Positions 40,801 through 49,828 of a DNA stretch of 64,000 bases are shown piece after piece (the stretch's first letter is position 1; every line of letters starts with the position of its first letter). The notes under the pieces are model-generated. The model ran no database searches. It was not told the DNA's origin and saw only the letters and a list, made by a program, of their open reading frames with translations. Source of the stretch: an uncultured Candidatus Binatia bacterium (GTDB lineage: Bacteria; Desulfobacterota; Binatia; UBA9968; JAJDTQ01); assembly GCA_965215605.1 (NCBI GenBank), contig OZ244070.1, positions 3,199,424-3,263,423 of the forward strand, written 5' to 3'. The position numbers were made by a program, and so were the translations under genes.

Positions 40801-42347
40801 GCCGCGTGCTCAGGATTACGGATGGAAACAGCGAGCGCCTGGCGCTCCGCGGCCGGCCCGTCTCCGCCAACCTCTCCGAGACCGCGGCGTTCATGGAAGG
40901 AACCAAGCGCATCCTGGTCTTCTCCATGGCCGGGGGCACCGGGCGGAGCTACCACGCCGACCTCTCGTTCGCCAACACCCAGCGCCGGGTGCACTACCTG
41001 CTGGAGCCCGGCTGGCGCGCCGACCAGGCGATCCAGGGGCTGGGCCGCACCCACCGGACGCACCAGGCCTCGGCGCCCCTCTTCCGGCCGGTGACCACGG
41101 ACGTGAAGGGCGAGCGCAGGTTCATCGCCACCATCGCGCGGCGCCTCGACAGCCTGGGCGCGATCACCCGCGGCCAGCGCGACTCCCAGACCGCCATGGG
41201 CGGCTCGGACGCAACGCTCTTCCGCGAGAGCGACAACCTCGAAAGCGTCTACGCCAGGGCGGCCCTGAGGCGGTTCTACCTGGCGCTCTCTTGCGGCAAC
41301 ATCCCGGACTGGCCCCTGGGGCGCTTCGAGGACGCCACCGGGCTGAAGCTCACCTGGGCAGGCTCGCTCAAGGAGGACCTGCCGCCCATGCCGCGCTTCC
41401 TGAACAGGCTCCTGGCCCTGCCCATCGACGAACAGAACGAACTCTTCGCGAAACTCGAAGACCGCATCGCCGCGGGCATCGAGCAGGCCATGGAGGCCGG
41501 AACCTACGAGGTCGGCGTCGAGACCGTGCGCGCCGATTCCCTGTCCGTTGCCGGCCGGGAGACGCTGTACGAGCATCCAGGCGCCGGAGCGGCCACCGAA
41601 CTGGTCGAGATCCTGCGCCGCGACAGGCTGGAACCGACGTCCGCGGACGAGGCCGTCGGTATCGGCACGCAGACGGACGGCGGTCCGGTCCTTATGGTCA
41701 ACGACAGGTCGGACCGCGCAGCGGTCGTGCTTCCGGCGCCGTCCCGCATGTTCGACGACGGCGGCGTGCAGGAGCGCGTCCGGCTGCTGCGTCCCGCCGT
41801 TCGGGATTCCATGACCAGAGCCGAACTCGACGCCTCGAACTGGCGTAGGGCCGCCGAACCCGAGTGGCGCAGGCTCTGGGACCACGAGATCACGGGCCTC
41901 CCGTCCCACCGCGAATCCCGGTTCTGGCTCGCGGCGGGGCTTCTGCTGCCGGTCTGGGACCGCCTGCCCTCCGAAAACATGCGGGTGCGGCGTCTCAGGA
42001 CCGACGACGGCGAGGCGCTGATCGGACGCGTGCTCGACGCCGGACAGGTCCGCGCGGTGCGAACCGCCTTCGGCCTTGCGGGCGGTATCGCCATGACCGG
42101 CGCCGAGGCCTTCGAGGAGGTCATGGGACGGGGCACGGCGCTCGCCCTCGCCAACGGCTGGCGCCTCGCGCGCCGCCGCATCATGGGCGCCGACCGGATC
42201 GAGATCGAGGGACCCACGGATTCCGACACCGGGGTCCTGAAGCGCATGGGCTGCACGGTCGAGATCATCTCCTGGCGCACCCGCGTCTTCGCCTCCGGCC
42301 CCGATCTCCTCGAACGCGTCATCCAACGCTGGCCGCTCGTTGCCTGA
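37869..42347 (+). CDS. Strawberry-notch-like fusion: N6-adenine methyltransferase domain plus SF2 (DEAH) helicase
   Basis: MTase motifs VLEPSAGTGILAV and VVIMNPPFS. Helicase motif I GDGTGCGKGRQVAA and motif II VVFDEAHAMAN. 1492 aa. Confidence 0.85.
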   Translation: MLDAHTAADASARLPVPHALPSVPAAPGSEPSAHDALFTAATTLLPVLEAGRPLDAATLRDAMTRAFGVGDAEGAWVWKDAYEAAEAAAVLFIRRHGRAMRRHAGAGPDGPSVMLRMLEAVAALEPSHTKRSEEQVRLQQFSTPLPLAYAALQAAAVRPGDVVLEPSAGTGILAVMAECALGSRAAGNLHLNEIADVRRALLCRLFPETLVTGVNAENAADRLPGARPTVVIMNPPFSATPGVHSIRHDADLRHVRSAFSMLPPGGRLVAVTSANCVPGDSGWNGAFGRLDPPARVAFTMAVDGRVYARRGTGFDTRLTVLDRTGRPGIDVDPHARAATAAEMLDAVIARVPPRLPVELRAAQATQGRDLFGNAAAPQPSKRTATSKPAASEPAHDWGTVSELSVETGPADAGTDPGSATSGPYEPWRAGAARIPGTVVHPTPLVQSAAMAAVPHPAPSYRPMLPERVVADGLLSDAQLESVVLAGQAHQGHLAASCRIGSGWETVLRCGEKDQSGVTMTDEGETLSAPIRFRRGWMLGDGTGCGKGRQVAAVILDGWLRGRKRALWLSQSDKLLEDARRDWTALGGGEDDLIPLADFRQGQEIPRSTGILFATYATLRSPSRQGRASRLDQIIGWLAGGLDEDARHAFDGAVVFDEAHAMANAAGGKGARGDVKPSAQGRAGLRLQNALPDARIAYVSATGATTVQGLAYASRLGLWGAAETPFESRSDFVSAMEAGGVAAMEVVARDLKALGLYQARALAYDGVEVDILVHELSPEQRRIYDAYAGAFKIIHANIEDALEATGIMQGKATLNRNAKSAALSAFEGAKQRFFGHLLTAMKCPSLIRAIEADLDAGRSSVIQLVSTGEALMERRIAEIPASEWDDLGIDLTPREAVLDFLAHAFPVQLQEPYTDGDGNLMSRPATDAEGRPVLCREALAQRDALIEKLASLPPVPSALDQVVQHFGHEAVAEVTGRSRRVLRITDGNSERLALRGRPVSANLSETAAFMEGTKRILVFSMAGGTGRSYHADLSFANTQRRVHYLLEPGWRADQAIQGLGRTHRTHQASAPLFRPVTTDVKGERRFIATIARRLDSLGAITRGQRDSQTAMGGSDATLFRESDNLESVYARAALRRFYLALSCGNIPDWPLGRFEDATGLKLTWAGSLKEDLPPMPRFLNRLLALPIDEQNELFAKLEDRIAAGIEQAMEAGTYEVGVETVRADSLSVAGRETLYEHPGAGAATELVEILRRDRLEPTSADEAVGIGTQTDGGPVLMVNDRSDRAAVVLPAPSRMFDDGGVQERVRLLRPAVRDSMTRAELDASNWRRAAEPEWRRLWDHEITGLPSHRESRFWLAAGLLLPVWDRLPSENMRVRRLRTDDGEALIGRVLDAGQVRAVRTAFGLAGGIAMTGAEAFEEVMGRGTALALANGWRLARRRIMGADRIEIEGPTDSDTGVLKRMGCTVEIISWRTRVFASGPDLLERVIQRWPLVA

Positions 42348-42491
42348 GCCCGTCGCGTCATCCGTATGGCCGGCCCGCCGTCCGCAATGCGGGAGGGAGC
42401 CGGCCGCCGTCCACGCCCGCTGTCAACTCGTCGGCGTACGTACCGCCGGCCGGCCGCCGGCGGGTTTCACCAACTGAAGGGGAACATTGCC

Positions 42492-42806
42492 ATGACTGCA
42501 CAGAACCTGCCCGACGACCCGAACTACGCGTTCTGCCCAAGCTACGACCTGGGCGACGACCCGCAGCAGATCCGCATCGTTTTCGAGGGCCTGCAAGGCT
42601 ACGTGCCGACCGCTCTCGTCGCCTTGACGGTCGACGATGCCGAGCGGTTGTGCGACCGCCTGAACGCCAGGCTCGGACATTCAAGAGAAGACTGGACTGC
42701 GCTCGCCGCCCGCTCCATGCGCACCGAGGCCCCGGAGAGCGGCCACGAATCCCGGACTGAACCGGACGCGCGCCGGCGGCTCAACCGGAACGGCAGGACG
42801 TGCTAG
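42492..42806 (+). CDS. Hypothetical protein
   Basis: 104-aa ORF after a GAAGGGGAA-type RBS region. No motif recognised. Confidence 0.45.
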   Translation: MTAQNLPDDPNYAFCPSYDLGDDPQQIRIVFEGLQGYVPTALVALTVDDAERLCDRLNARLGHSREDWTALAARSMRTEAPESGHESRTEPDARRRLNRNGRTC

Positions 42807-42871
42807 ACAGGACCTCGGCGGCAACCCCGAGGACATCCTGTTCCTGCCGCCGTCTGCACGAAGGAGGCGCA

Positions 42872-43654
42872 ATGAATCGAAGCCGGTTCGTTTTCCGTTG
42901 CGTTCTGTTTGCCGGTTGTCTCGATATGGGCGTTGCAGCGCACGGTCCGGGCGCCGAGGAGTGGCGCGGCCTGACGCTCGCCCCGGAGCACCGCTGTGCT
43001 CCGTACCGGTCCAAGGACTATTCCTACCCGCAGGCGGTGGAGCTTCGGATCATCGCTGGAATGGGGGGCAAGGTCTACGGCCCGTACACCGGCCGCTACT
43101 TCTCCAGCCGCCGCAAGACCGACATCGAGCACATCGTCGCGAGGTCCGAAGCGCACGACAGCGGGCTCTGCCGGGCGGACTCCGCCACGAAGAGAACCTT
43201 TGCCCGCGACCTCCTGAACCTCACTCTCGCGGCGCCGGCGGTGAACCGGTGCGGACGAAAGGGGAAATGCGCTCATGACGCCGCCGGGTGGCTGCCGCCG
43301 ATCAACCGGTGCTGGTTCGCCGGCCGGGTCCTGGACGTCCGGCGCAAATACCGGCTCACCATAGACCGCCGCGAAGCCGCCGCCCTCGACCGGGTGCTCT
43401 CCGGCTGCAACTCCACGGAAATGGTCTTCGCGAACCGGCCGTCCACGCCACACCCTCCGTCCCGGGTGACCCGGCCTCCTTCCCGGATGAGCCGCCCTCC
43501 CTCCCGGGAAGCCCTTCGACGATGGGACGACAACCGCAACGGCCGCATCACCTGCAAGGAAGCGCGCCGCCACGGCATCGCCCCGGTCCGCCGCGGCCAC
43601 CCGGCGTACCCCTTCATGAATGACCGGGACCGCGACGGGACCGTCTGCGAGTAG
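42872..43654 (+). CDS. Secreted HNH/DUF1524-like nuclease with a C-terminal Excalibur Ca-binding domain
   Basis: AAGGAGG RBS. Signal peptide MNRSRFVFRCVLFAGCLDMGVAAHG. DIEHIVARSEAHDSG His-Me-finger-like motif. C-terminus DDNRNGRITCKEARRHG...DRDRDGTVCE (Excalibur DxDxDGxxCE). Confidence 0.65.
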   Translation: MNRSRFVFRCVLFAGCLDMGVAAHGPGAEEWRGLTLAPEHRCAPYRSKDYSYPQAVELRIIAGMGGKVYGPYTGRYFSSRRKTDIEHIVARSEAHDSGLCRADSATKRTFARDLLNLTLAAPAVNRCGRKGKCAHDAAGWLPPINRCWFAGRVLDVRRKYRLTIDRREAAALDRVLSGCNSTEMVFANRPSTPHPPSRVTRPPSRMSRPPSREALRRWDDNRNGRITCKEARRHGIAPVRRGHPAYPFMNDRDRDGTVCE

Positions 43655-43747
43655 GCGGCAGGCGTCGATTCCAGCCGACTCTTGCTGCGCAGCCGGCCGG
43701 CCTACGGCTGGATCCACGCCCGGGCGGTTGGCGCAAAAAATACGGTC

Positions 43748-44185
43748 TTACGATGCGTCGCGGCCGTTCACGGAGACAATGCGGCACGGACCTCCCCGCG
43801 CGTTGCACCGTTCAAGTGCTCTGCCCTTTGCGCGGTCAAGGCTCTCTTGCCCGCCTGACCAAGCCAACTTCCCGTCAACTCCAACCGCAAACGCCTTGTG
43901 CCCCGCGGTGGCCAGATAACGGAGCCATTGCCATCGGCCCTTCCTCTTCAGGCCTTCGGGAGGGCGCACGAATACGACCGCCGCATCGCCCGGATCCCGG
44001 TCCCAGCTCGGCGCGCCAATCGCTTTGAGGAAGGCGCTGATGCGTGGACGCCAAAGCTCGCGCCCGCCGACGCGAATGAGGCGATGGCCGTCGTCGCCGG
44101 CAAGCTGTGCGCCGCCGCGTAGATTACGACGGCCGCCGGGCCCGGCAGCCCGACCGCCAGCGACGGCGAGTCCCCGCCGCGCCAT
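43748..44185 (-). CDS. Hypothetical protein (only minus-strand ORF in the ICE-like block)
   Basis: It fills a 690-bp gap. The C-terminus KAFAVGVDGKLAWSGGQESLDRAKGRALERCNARGGPCRIV looks protein-like. Start and reality are uncertain. Confidence 0.3.
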   Translation of the reverse strand: MARRGLAVAGGRAAGPGGRRNLRGGAQLAGDDGHRLIRVGGRELWRPRISAFLKAIGAPSWDRDPGDAAVVFVRPPEGLKRKGRWQWLRYLATAGHKAFAVGVDGKLAWSGGQESLDRAKGRALERCNARGGPCRIVSVNGRDAS

Positions 44186-44343
44186 CAATCCCCGGTCTTC
44201 CACATCGCCCGGTCCGAATCCCGGCGCCGTCTCAAGTCCGCCCGGACGTCCTGCCGGCCAGCGTTCGAGGACAGCAGGAGGCGGGTGAGAGACGCGCCCG
44301 GAGAGAGAGGCGCCTCGAACCACCAACCGGGGAGGATCCTGAC

Positions 44344-44877
44344 ATGAGCACATTGACCTATGCCGGCATCGGAGCCCGCAAGACGCCGCCCTCCGTCCTG
44401 ACCGCCATGACCGTGATGGCCGGCTGGCTCGCGCGTCAGGGCTGGCATCTGAACAGCGGCGGCGCGGCCGGGGGCGACAGTGCGTTTGCCGAAGGCGCGC
44501 CGGCCGGCCAACGGACCCTGTACCTGCCCTGGCCCGGCTACAACGGCTGCGCGGGTCCGGACTGCCGGGCGCCGTCGCCGTCCGAGCTCGAATCCTGCAT
44601 GGCCATCGCCGCCCGCCTGCATCCCGCCTGGGACCGCTGCTCGCCCGCCGTCCGAAAGCTCCATGCCAGGAACGCAGCCATCCTCGGAGTCGGTCTCGAT
44701 CGGCCGGTCGATGCCGTGGTGGCCTGGACGCCGGGGGGAGCGATCACGGGAGGCACCGGAATGGCGATCCGCATGGCAATGGAGGCCGGCATCCCCGTGC
44801 TGAACCTGGGCGCGATGCCGCCGCGTGCGGTCTGCGAGCGCCTCCTGGCCATCCGCCGGCCCCAGTCCTCTCCATAG
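44344..44877 (+). CDS. DprA/Smf-like (SLOG-fold) protein
   Basis: YAGIGARKTP...LNSGGAAGGDSAFAEGA...VVAWTPGGAITGGTGMAIRMA pattern, typical of DprA-like Rossmann proteins on mobile elements. Confidence 0.6.
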   Translation: MSTLTYAGIGARKTPPSVLTAMTVMAGWLARQGWHLNSGGAAGGDSAFAEGAPAGQRTLYLPWPGYNGCAGPDCRAPSPSELESCMAIAARLHPAWDRCSPAVRKLHARNAAILGVGLDRPVDAVVAWTPGGAITGGTGMAIRMAMEAGIPVLNLGAMPPRAVCERLLAIRRPQSSP

Positions 44878-45223
44878 AGCCGGAGAAAGGCGTCCACCGG
44901 GGCGAAGGCCCGGTAGGGGAGAGGGAGGCGGTCTCCCTCACGCACTCCGGGCAAGGCAGGCAGCCAAGGAGGACGCAGACATGTCTGGCATCGACTTCGA
45001 CATCGCAGAAGCCCCGACCGGCAGCGACGTGCTGGCCGAGATCGGGCTCGACCCCGGCGCCGTCCAGGACGTCATCGACGACGACCTCGCCAGGAGCTGT
45101 CCGGACACGTGGAGTGAGAGGAGGGCCTGGGAGGGGTGAACGGAAGGGGGCCGGGGAGGGAGGACTCCGGCCTCTCGACGCTCGCAGACCATCGTCACTA
45201 ACCAGCACAGGAAGGAGAACGTC

Positions 45224-45688
45224 ATGAGCTTCGGACTGAATCGCGTAGAACTGATCGGCCGCCTCGGCGCCGACGTCACCGTCAATCACCTGTCCAGCGG
45301 AGGCCGCGTCGCCAACCTCAGCATCGCCACCGACGAGTCGTACATCAACAAGACCGGCGAGAAGGTCGACAAGACCGAATGGCACCGGGTGGTGACCTTC
45401 CAGGACGGCCTCGTCAACATGTTCGAGAAGCACGCCCGCAAGGGGCGGCTGGTCTACATCGACGGCAAGCTCCAGACCCGGCGCTGGTCCAAGCCCGGCG
45501 AGGACAGCGACCGCTACTCCACCGAGATCCTGCTGGTCCCGGGCGGACGGGTGCAGTTCCTCGACAAGCCGAACGGCAACGGCGCCTCCGCCGCGGCCGA
45601 CCCGTCGATGGCGGCGGGCGACGCCGCGATGCCCGCCAACGGGACCTCGTCCCAGCCCGCGGACCAGGACGACGACATCCCGTTCTAG
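45224..45688 (+). CDS. ssb: Single-stranded DNA-binding protein
   Basis: MSFGLNRVELIGRLGADV...TEWHRVVTF OB fold and the acidic C-terminal tip DDDIPF. Confidence 0.9.
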   Translation: MSFGLNRVELIGRLGADVTVNHLSSGGRVANLSIATDESYINKTGEKVDKTEWHRVVTFQDGLVNMFEKHARKGRLVYIDGKLQTRRWSKPGEDSDRYSTEILLVPGGRVQFLDKPNGNGASAAADPSMAAGDAAMPANGTSSQPADQDDDIPF

Positions 45689-45712
45689 ACACCTCATCCT
45701 TTCCTCCCACCC

Positions 45713-45746
45713 TGGGACCGGCGCCGCGTGCGCCGGTCCCTTTTTT
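45713..45746 (+). terminator. Rho-independent terminator after ssb
   Basis: 11-bp perfect stem GGGACCGGCGC/GCGCCGGTCCC, 5-nt loop, T7 run. Confidence 0.75.
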
Positions 45747-45852
45747 TGCAGCCTGTCCCGAGCAAGCACCCTCCGGGCGTCGCGCCTCGCTTCGCTCGGC
45801 CCGCTCGCCCTCCGGCGCAGCCGGGTGTCCCGTCTTCAAAAGGAGTGCCGCC

Positions 45853-46914
45853 ATGTACAACCATCCCTCGCCGGCAGCCGCCGTCGCCGCCGCGCTTGGC
45901 GCGCGCGCCGAAGACGTCTGCCAGCGCTACCTTCCCCACGGCCGCCGCCAGGGCCGCTACTGGGTCGCGGGCGACCTGGACGGCGCCCGCGGACGCTCCC
46001 TCTTCGTCCGCCTGCACGGCCCCGGCACGCCCGGGAAGTGGACCGATGCGGCCGTGGGCAGCCACGGGGACCTGCTCGACCTCATTCGCCACCGCACGGG
46101 CGCGCCGACGCTCCGCGCGGCGCTCGACGAGGCCCGCGCCTTCCTCGCCCTGCCGGCTTCGCCGGCCGCGGGCGATGCAGGCGGCTACGACGCCGCCCAG
46201 GCAGCGCGCCGCCTGTGGCGCGGATGCCGCGCCGTGGACGGCACCCACGCCGAAGCCTATCTCCGGGCCCGCGGGCTCGCGCGCTGCCGGTTCCCGGCGC
46301 TCCGCTTCCACCCCGAGCTTCGCTACCGCGAAGGCTCCGCCGTCATCCGCCTGCCGGCGCTGGTCGCCGCCGTGACCGGCGACGACGGCGCCGTCTGCGG
46401 CGTGCACCGCACCTGGCTCGATCCCCGCCGCCCCGCCAAGGCGGACGTCGCATCCCCCAGGAAGGCCCTCGGCCGCATCTACGGCCTCGCCGTCCGCTTC
46501 GGCATGCCCGCCGGCGGCGTCGCTCCGCTCCTCGTCGGCGAAGGCATCGAGACCGTGCTGTCGCTCGTCACCGCGGTGCCCGAGATCATTGCGGCCGCAG
46601 CCCTCTCCGCCGGCAGCCTCGGCGCTTTCTCACCTCCGCCCGCCTGCCGCCGCGTCGTCATCGCCCGCGACAACGACTTCGAGGGCGCATGGGCCGCCGA
46701 ACGCCTCGCCCGGCGCTGCGCGCGGGCGGGCGTCGCGGCCGCGGTCATCGTTCCGGAAGGCGGCGACTTCAACGACGACCTCGCTTCGCTCGGCGCCGCC
46801 GTCCTCGCCGCAAGGCTCCGCCCGCTCTTCCGCCCGGGAGTCCGGGGAGAGCGGCCCGGAGCGGGCAAAGTCTTGATGGAAGGAGAGGGAGTATGGATAC
46901 CGTCATCAACCTGA
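45853..46914 (+). CDS. Toprim-domain protein (DUF7146-like N-terminus)
   Basis: Toprim motifs LLVGEGIETVLS and VVIARDNDFEGAWAAERL...GGDFNDDL. Start at ATG 45853 with an AAGGAG RBS. Confidence 0.7.
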   Translation: MYNHPSPAAAVAAALGARAEDVCQRYLPHGRRQGRYWVAGDLDGARGRSLFVRLHGPGTPGKWTDAAVGSHGDLLDLIRHRTGAPTLRAALDEARAFLALPASPAAGDAGGYDAAQAARRLWRGCRAVDGTHAEAYLRARGLARCRFPALRFHPELRYREGSAVIRLPALVAAVTGDDGAVCGVHRTWLDPRRPAKADVASPRKALGRIYGLAVRFGMPAGGVAPLLVGEGIETVLSLVTAVPEIIAAAALSAGSLGAFSPPPACRRVVIARDNDFEGAWAAERLARRCARAGVAAAVIVPEGGDFNDDLASLGAAVLAARLRPLFRPGVRGERPGAGKVLMEGEGVWIPSST

Positions 46915-47252
46915 GGCGCGAACCCGAACTCCACGAGTTGCTCAAACGCGCCCCCACGAACCACAACCTCGGCACCCGCGTGCAAGACAACGTCGCCCTC
47001 ATCGATCGCCGCTCCAAGTGGGGCAACCCATTCCGCCTCGGCGCCCATGGAACCCGCGAGGAAATCATCACGCTCTACCGTCTCCTTCTCTGGCGGCGCA
47101 TCCGCATCGGTTCCATTTCCCTCCACGATCTCGCCCAGCTCAACGGCAAGAGCCTCGCCTGCTGGTGCCATCCCTTGCCCTGCCACGCACAGGTGCTCGC
47201 CCGCGCCGCCGCTTGGGCCGCATCCGTCCTGGCCGAAAGGAGGTGTGCATGA
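46893..47252 (+). CDS. DUF4326-like protein
   Basis: DRRSKWGNPF...LNGKSLACWCHPLPCHAQVL is the pattern I associate with DUF4326. Confidence 0.55.
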   Translation: MDTVINLRREPELHELLKRAPTNHNLGTRVQDNVALIDRRSKWGNPFRLGAHGTREEIITLYRLLLWRRIRIGSISLHDLAQLNGKSLACWCHPLPCHAQVLARAAAWAASVLAERRCA

Positions 47253-47479
47253 TGGCCTGCGTCACCTTCAAGCGGCTCACCCCGCACGAGTCCCGCATCT
47301 ACGCCGACGGCGACCATGTCGGCGACGTCTACCGCCACGACGACATCCTTGCCCCCGGCCGTGTCTTCTACGTCGTGCACCTCCATGAAGATCCCCGTGG
47401 ATCCCGGCGCGTGCACGACCGCAGCAGCATCCGGGACGTCGCCCAGCGCCTCCTCGATTCCCATCCCCTCTGGCCGTGA
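47249..47479 (+). CDS. Hypothetical protein
   Basis: 76 aa, with an ATGA overlap to the upstream gene. Confidence 0.4.
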   Translation: MMACVTFKRLTPHESRIYADGDHVGDVYRHDDILAPGRVFYVVHLHEDPRGSRRVHDRSSIRDVAQRLLDSHPLWP

Positions 47480-47776
47480 TGGCCGCCGCGGCCTTCTCTC
47501 CCGCAGTCAGTTCGCCGTTGGGTCTTCCAAGGAAAGTTTGAGCTTCAAGGGGGACGGCGCCCTATCCAACAAAGTCCTCCCCGACGTGATGTCCCATCTT
47601 GTCACACGTGCTCCCTGCGCCAACCCCTGAAGGGGTCCTCCTCTCCGCTTCGCTCCGTTCCGGCCGGGCTACGCCCGGTGGCTACGCTGCGCGCGCGTGA
47701 AAAGAAGGGACATCACTTCGGGGCGGACGAGCCCCAGTCACGGGCCGCATGGTCCTTAACACGAGAGGAGGTCATC

Positions 47777-48700
47777 ATGACCAGCATCGACAACATCCCG
47801 GATCAGGGTCACTCCATCATGGACATGGCTTGTGAGCATGCTCAGACCTTCGGACTCACTCCCGAACCCGACGAGTTCGACTCCAGGGACATCTGGGACG
47901 AGGACGACGCCATCGACGCCATCCGCGCGGCCTTCGAACTCCTCGCGGACGGCATCGGTCCCGACGGCACTCAGCTCGCAGACGAGCGCGAAAGCCTGCT
48001 CTGGGGCTTCGTCAACATGCTCGACGCCCAGACCCAGCGCCTCGACCGCGCAGCCGACCGCCTCATGCCCGACCTCCGAGACCTCCAGCGCGAGCAGGAC
48101 GGCTCCGAGATCAAGTCACGCGAACTCGAACTCATCACCGACCGCGCCCGGAACCTCTCCGCCCGCCGCGACGCCTTCGAGAAAATGCGCGACGCCGCAG
48201 CCCACGACTACCAGCTCCAGACCGGCAACATCTGGCGGCCCCGGAGCGGTTCCCACACCAGCCAGACCGGCAAGCTCACCTCCGCTGCCATCAATGCCCG
48301 TGACTTCATGCGCGCGCGCAAGGACCGCAAGACCCAGGCCCACCTGCCCGAGGGAACCCTGGTCGCGGTCACCGGAGGCAAGGACGTGGGCGAGCCCGCC
48401 GCGGTCTTCCAGCGCCTCGACAAGGTCCGCGCCAAGTACACCGACATGGTGCTGGTCCACGGCGGCGGCCCCGGCGTCGAGCGCATCGCGGCGAGTTGGG
48501 CCGAGCAACGCGGCGTCCACCAGGTCGTCTGCAAGCCCGACTGGGACCGCCACGGACGGGCCGCTCCCTTCCGCCGCAACGACGACCTCCTCAACCTCCT
48601 GCCCAAGGGCGTGATCGCCTTCCCCGGCAGCGGCATCACCGACAACCTCGTCGACAAGGCAAGGCAGCTCGGCATCCCGGTCCAGAAGGTGGCTGCCTGA
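47777..48700 (+). CDS. DUF2493 (SLOG-fold) domain protein with a coiled-coil N-terminal half
   Basis: C-terminal VAVTGGKDVG...MVLVHGGGPGVERIAASWAEQRGVHQVVCKPDWDRHGRAAPFRRNDDLL...IAFPGSGIT. GAGGAGG RBS. Confidence 0.6.
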   Translation: MTSIDNIPDQGHSIMDMACEHAQTFGLTPEPDEFDSRDIWDEDDAIDAIRAAFELLADGIGPDGTQLADERESLLWGFVNMLDAQTQRLDRAADRLMPDLRDLQREQDGSEIKSRELELITDRARNLSARRDAFEKMRDAAAHDYQLQTGNIWRPRSGSHTSQTGKLTSAAINARDFMRARKDRKTQAHLPEGTLVAVTGGKDVGEPAAVFQRLDKVRAKYTDMVLVHGGGPGVERIAASWAEQRGVHQVVCKPDWDRHGRAAPFRRNDDLLNLLPKGVIAFPGSGITDNLVDKARQLGIPVQKVAA

Positions 48701-48713
48701 GCCGCACACAACA

Positions 48714-48752
48714 GGGGGTCGCGTCGCTTCGGCGGCGCGGCTCCCTTTTTTT
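48714..48752 (+). terminator. Rho-independent terminator after the DUF2493 gene
   Basis: GC-rich imperfect hairpin GGGGGTCGCGTCGC-TTCG-GCGGCGCGGCTCCC followed by T8. Confidence 0.6.
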
Positions 48753-49010
48753 GTCGGCGCACCCGAACAATACACCAACAGCGCTCGCTTCGCGTCGCGC
48801 CTCGGGTCGCTGGCGCTCCCTCCGCGCTCCGTCCGCCCACAAAACGGCGTGACCCGTGTTTCATCCAGGCGCGCCATGCCTGGCCGCGCATCCGACCCAC
48901 GACTCGCCGCACCCGTGCCGTCCGCCTCCGCGTCGCCGTGCGGGCTTCGCCCGTCGCCGGCTTCCTCTCCCCGCCATCCCCGGTGTCCGCACCACTGTGG
49001 ACACCCCAGT

Positions 49011-49828
49011 CGACGCCTCCGGCAACGTGCTTCGCACGTATGCCGTCGGCGCCTTCAGCACTGACCGCCACTCGGTCGCCGCGGCGGTCCGCTGGTTTCC
49101 ACGTCACCGGCGTTGCCGGTGACGCTACCCTGTCGAGCCGCTGCGCGGTCTCGCGCCTTCGGTCGCTGGCTCCCGGTGTGCGCACGGCTCGCCGCCTTCG
49201 GCGGCATCGCTGCACTCACGCCGTCCGCCTCGCTGCGCTCGCTCCGTCCGGCATTCTCCCAAAGGTTGTGCCGTTCCCGATTGCCATCGACATGTGCTGC
49301 CCTCGGCACGGACCCCCCTCCACGGCCCGTGTCGCCGAGGACCCGCTTCGCGCCTCCCCTGCGCCACTCGGCGACGCGGGCCTTCCCCCCTCCTCCGGAC
49401 CGGTCCGTCCTGCCTCCTTCACCTCGCCGGTGCGCGCTGCGGACGCCTCTGCCGGCGCCTTCGGCAACGTGCTTCGCACGTGTGCCGTCAGCGCCTTCAG
49501 CAGTGACCACCACTCAATCGCCATTGCCGCTGTCGTGACCCTGTCGAACCCGGCTGCGCCAGTTCGCCTATTCAGCACGGCATGCCTCGCCGCCTTCGGC
49601 AGCATCGCTGCACTCATGCCGTCCGCCTCGCTGTGCTCGTCTTCGGCACACCCCTCCGCATCCGCATCGCCCGTGCCGGCTCCGCACGTCACCGGCTTCC
49701 GCACTCCGCCGTCCTCGCTTTCCTCGCCACTGCGGACGCCACTGCCCGCGCTTCCGGTAGCGTGCTCCGCACGCCTGCCGGAAGCTCCGTCGACACTGAC
49801 TTCCACTCAGTCGCCGTGGCGGCTCCCT
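49011..49828 (+). repeat. Three imperfect long direct repeats, each carrying a conserved stem-loop (49020-49045, 49462-49487, 49751-49784)
   Basis: Units begin GACGCC... at 49011, 49441 and 49735. The core hairpin is ACGTGC-TTC-GCACGT in units 1 and 2 and GCGTGC-TCC-GCACGC in unit 3 (a compensatory change). A second conserved block, GCCGCCTTCGGC(G/A)GCATCGCTGCACTCA, lies at 49187 and 49586. Confidence 0.6.
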
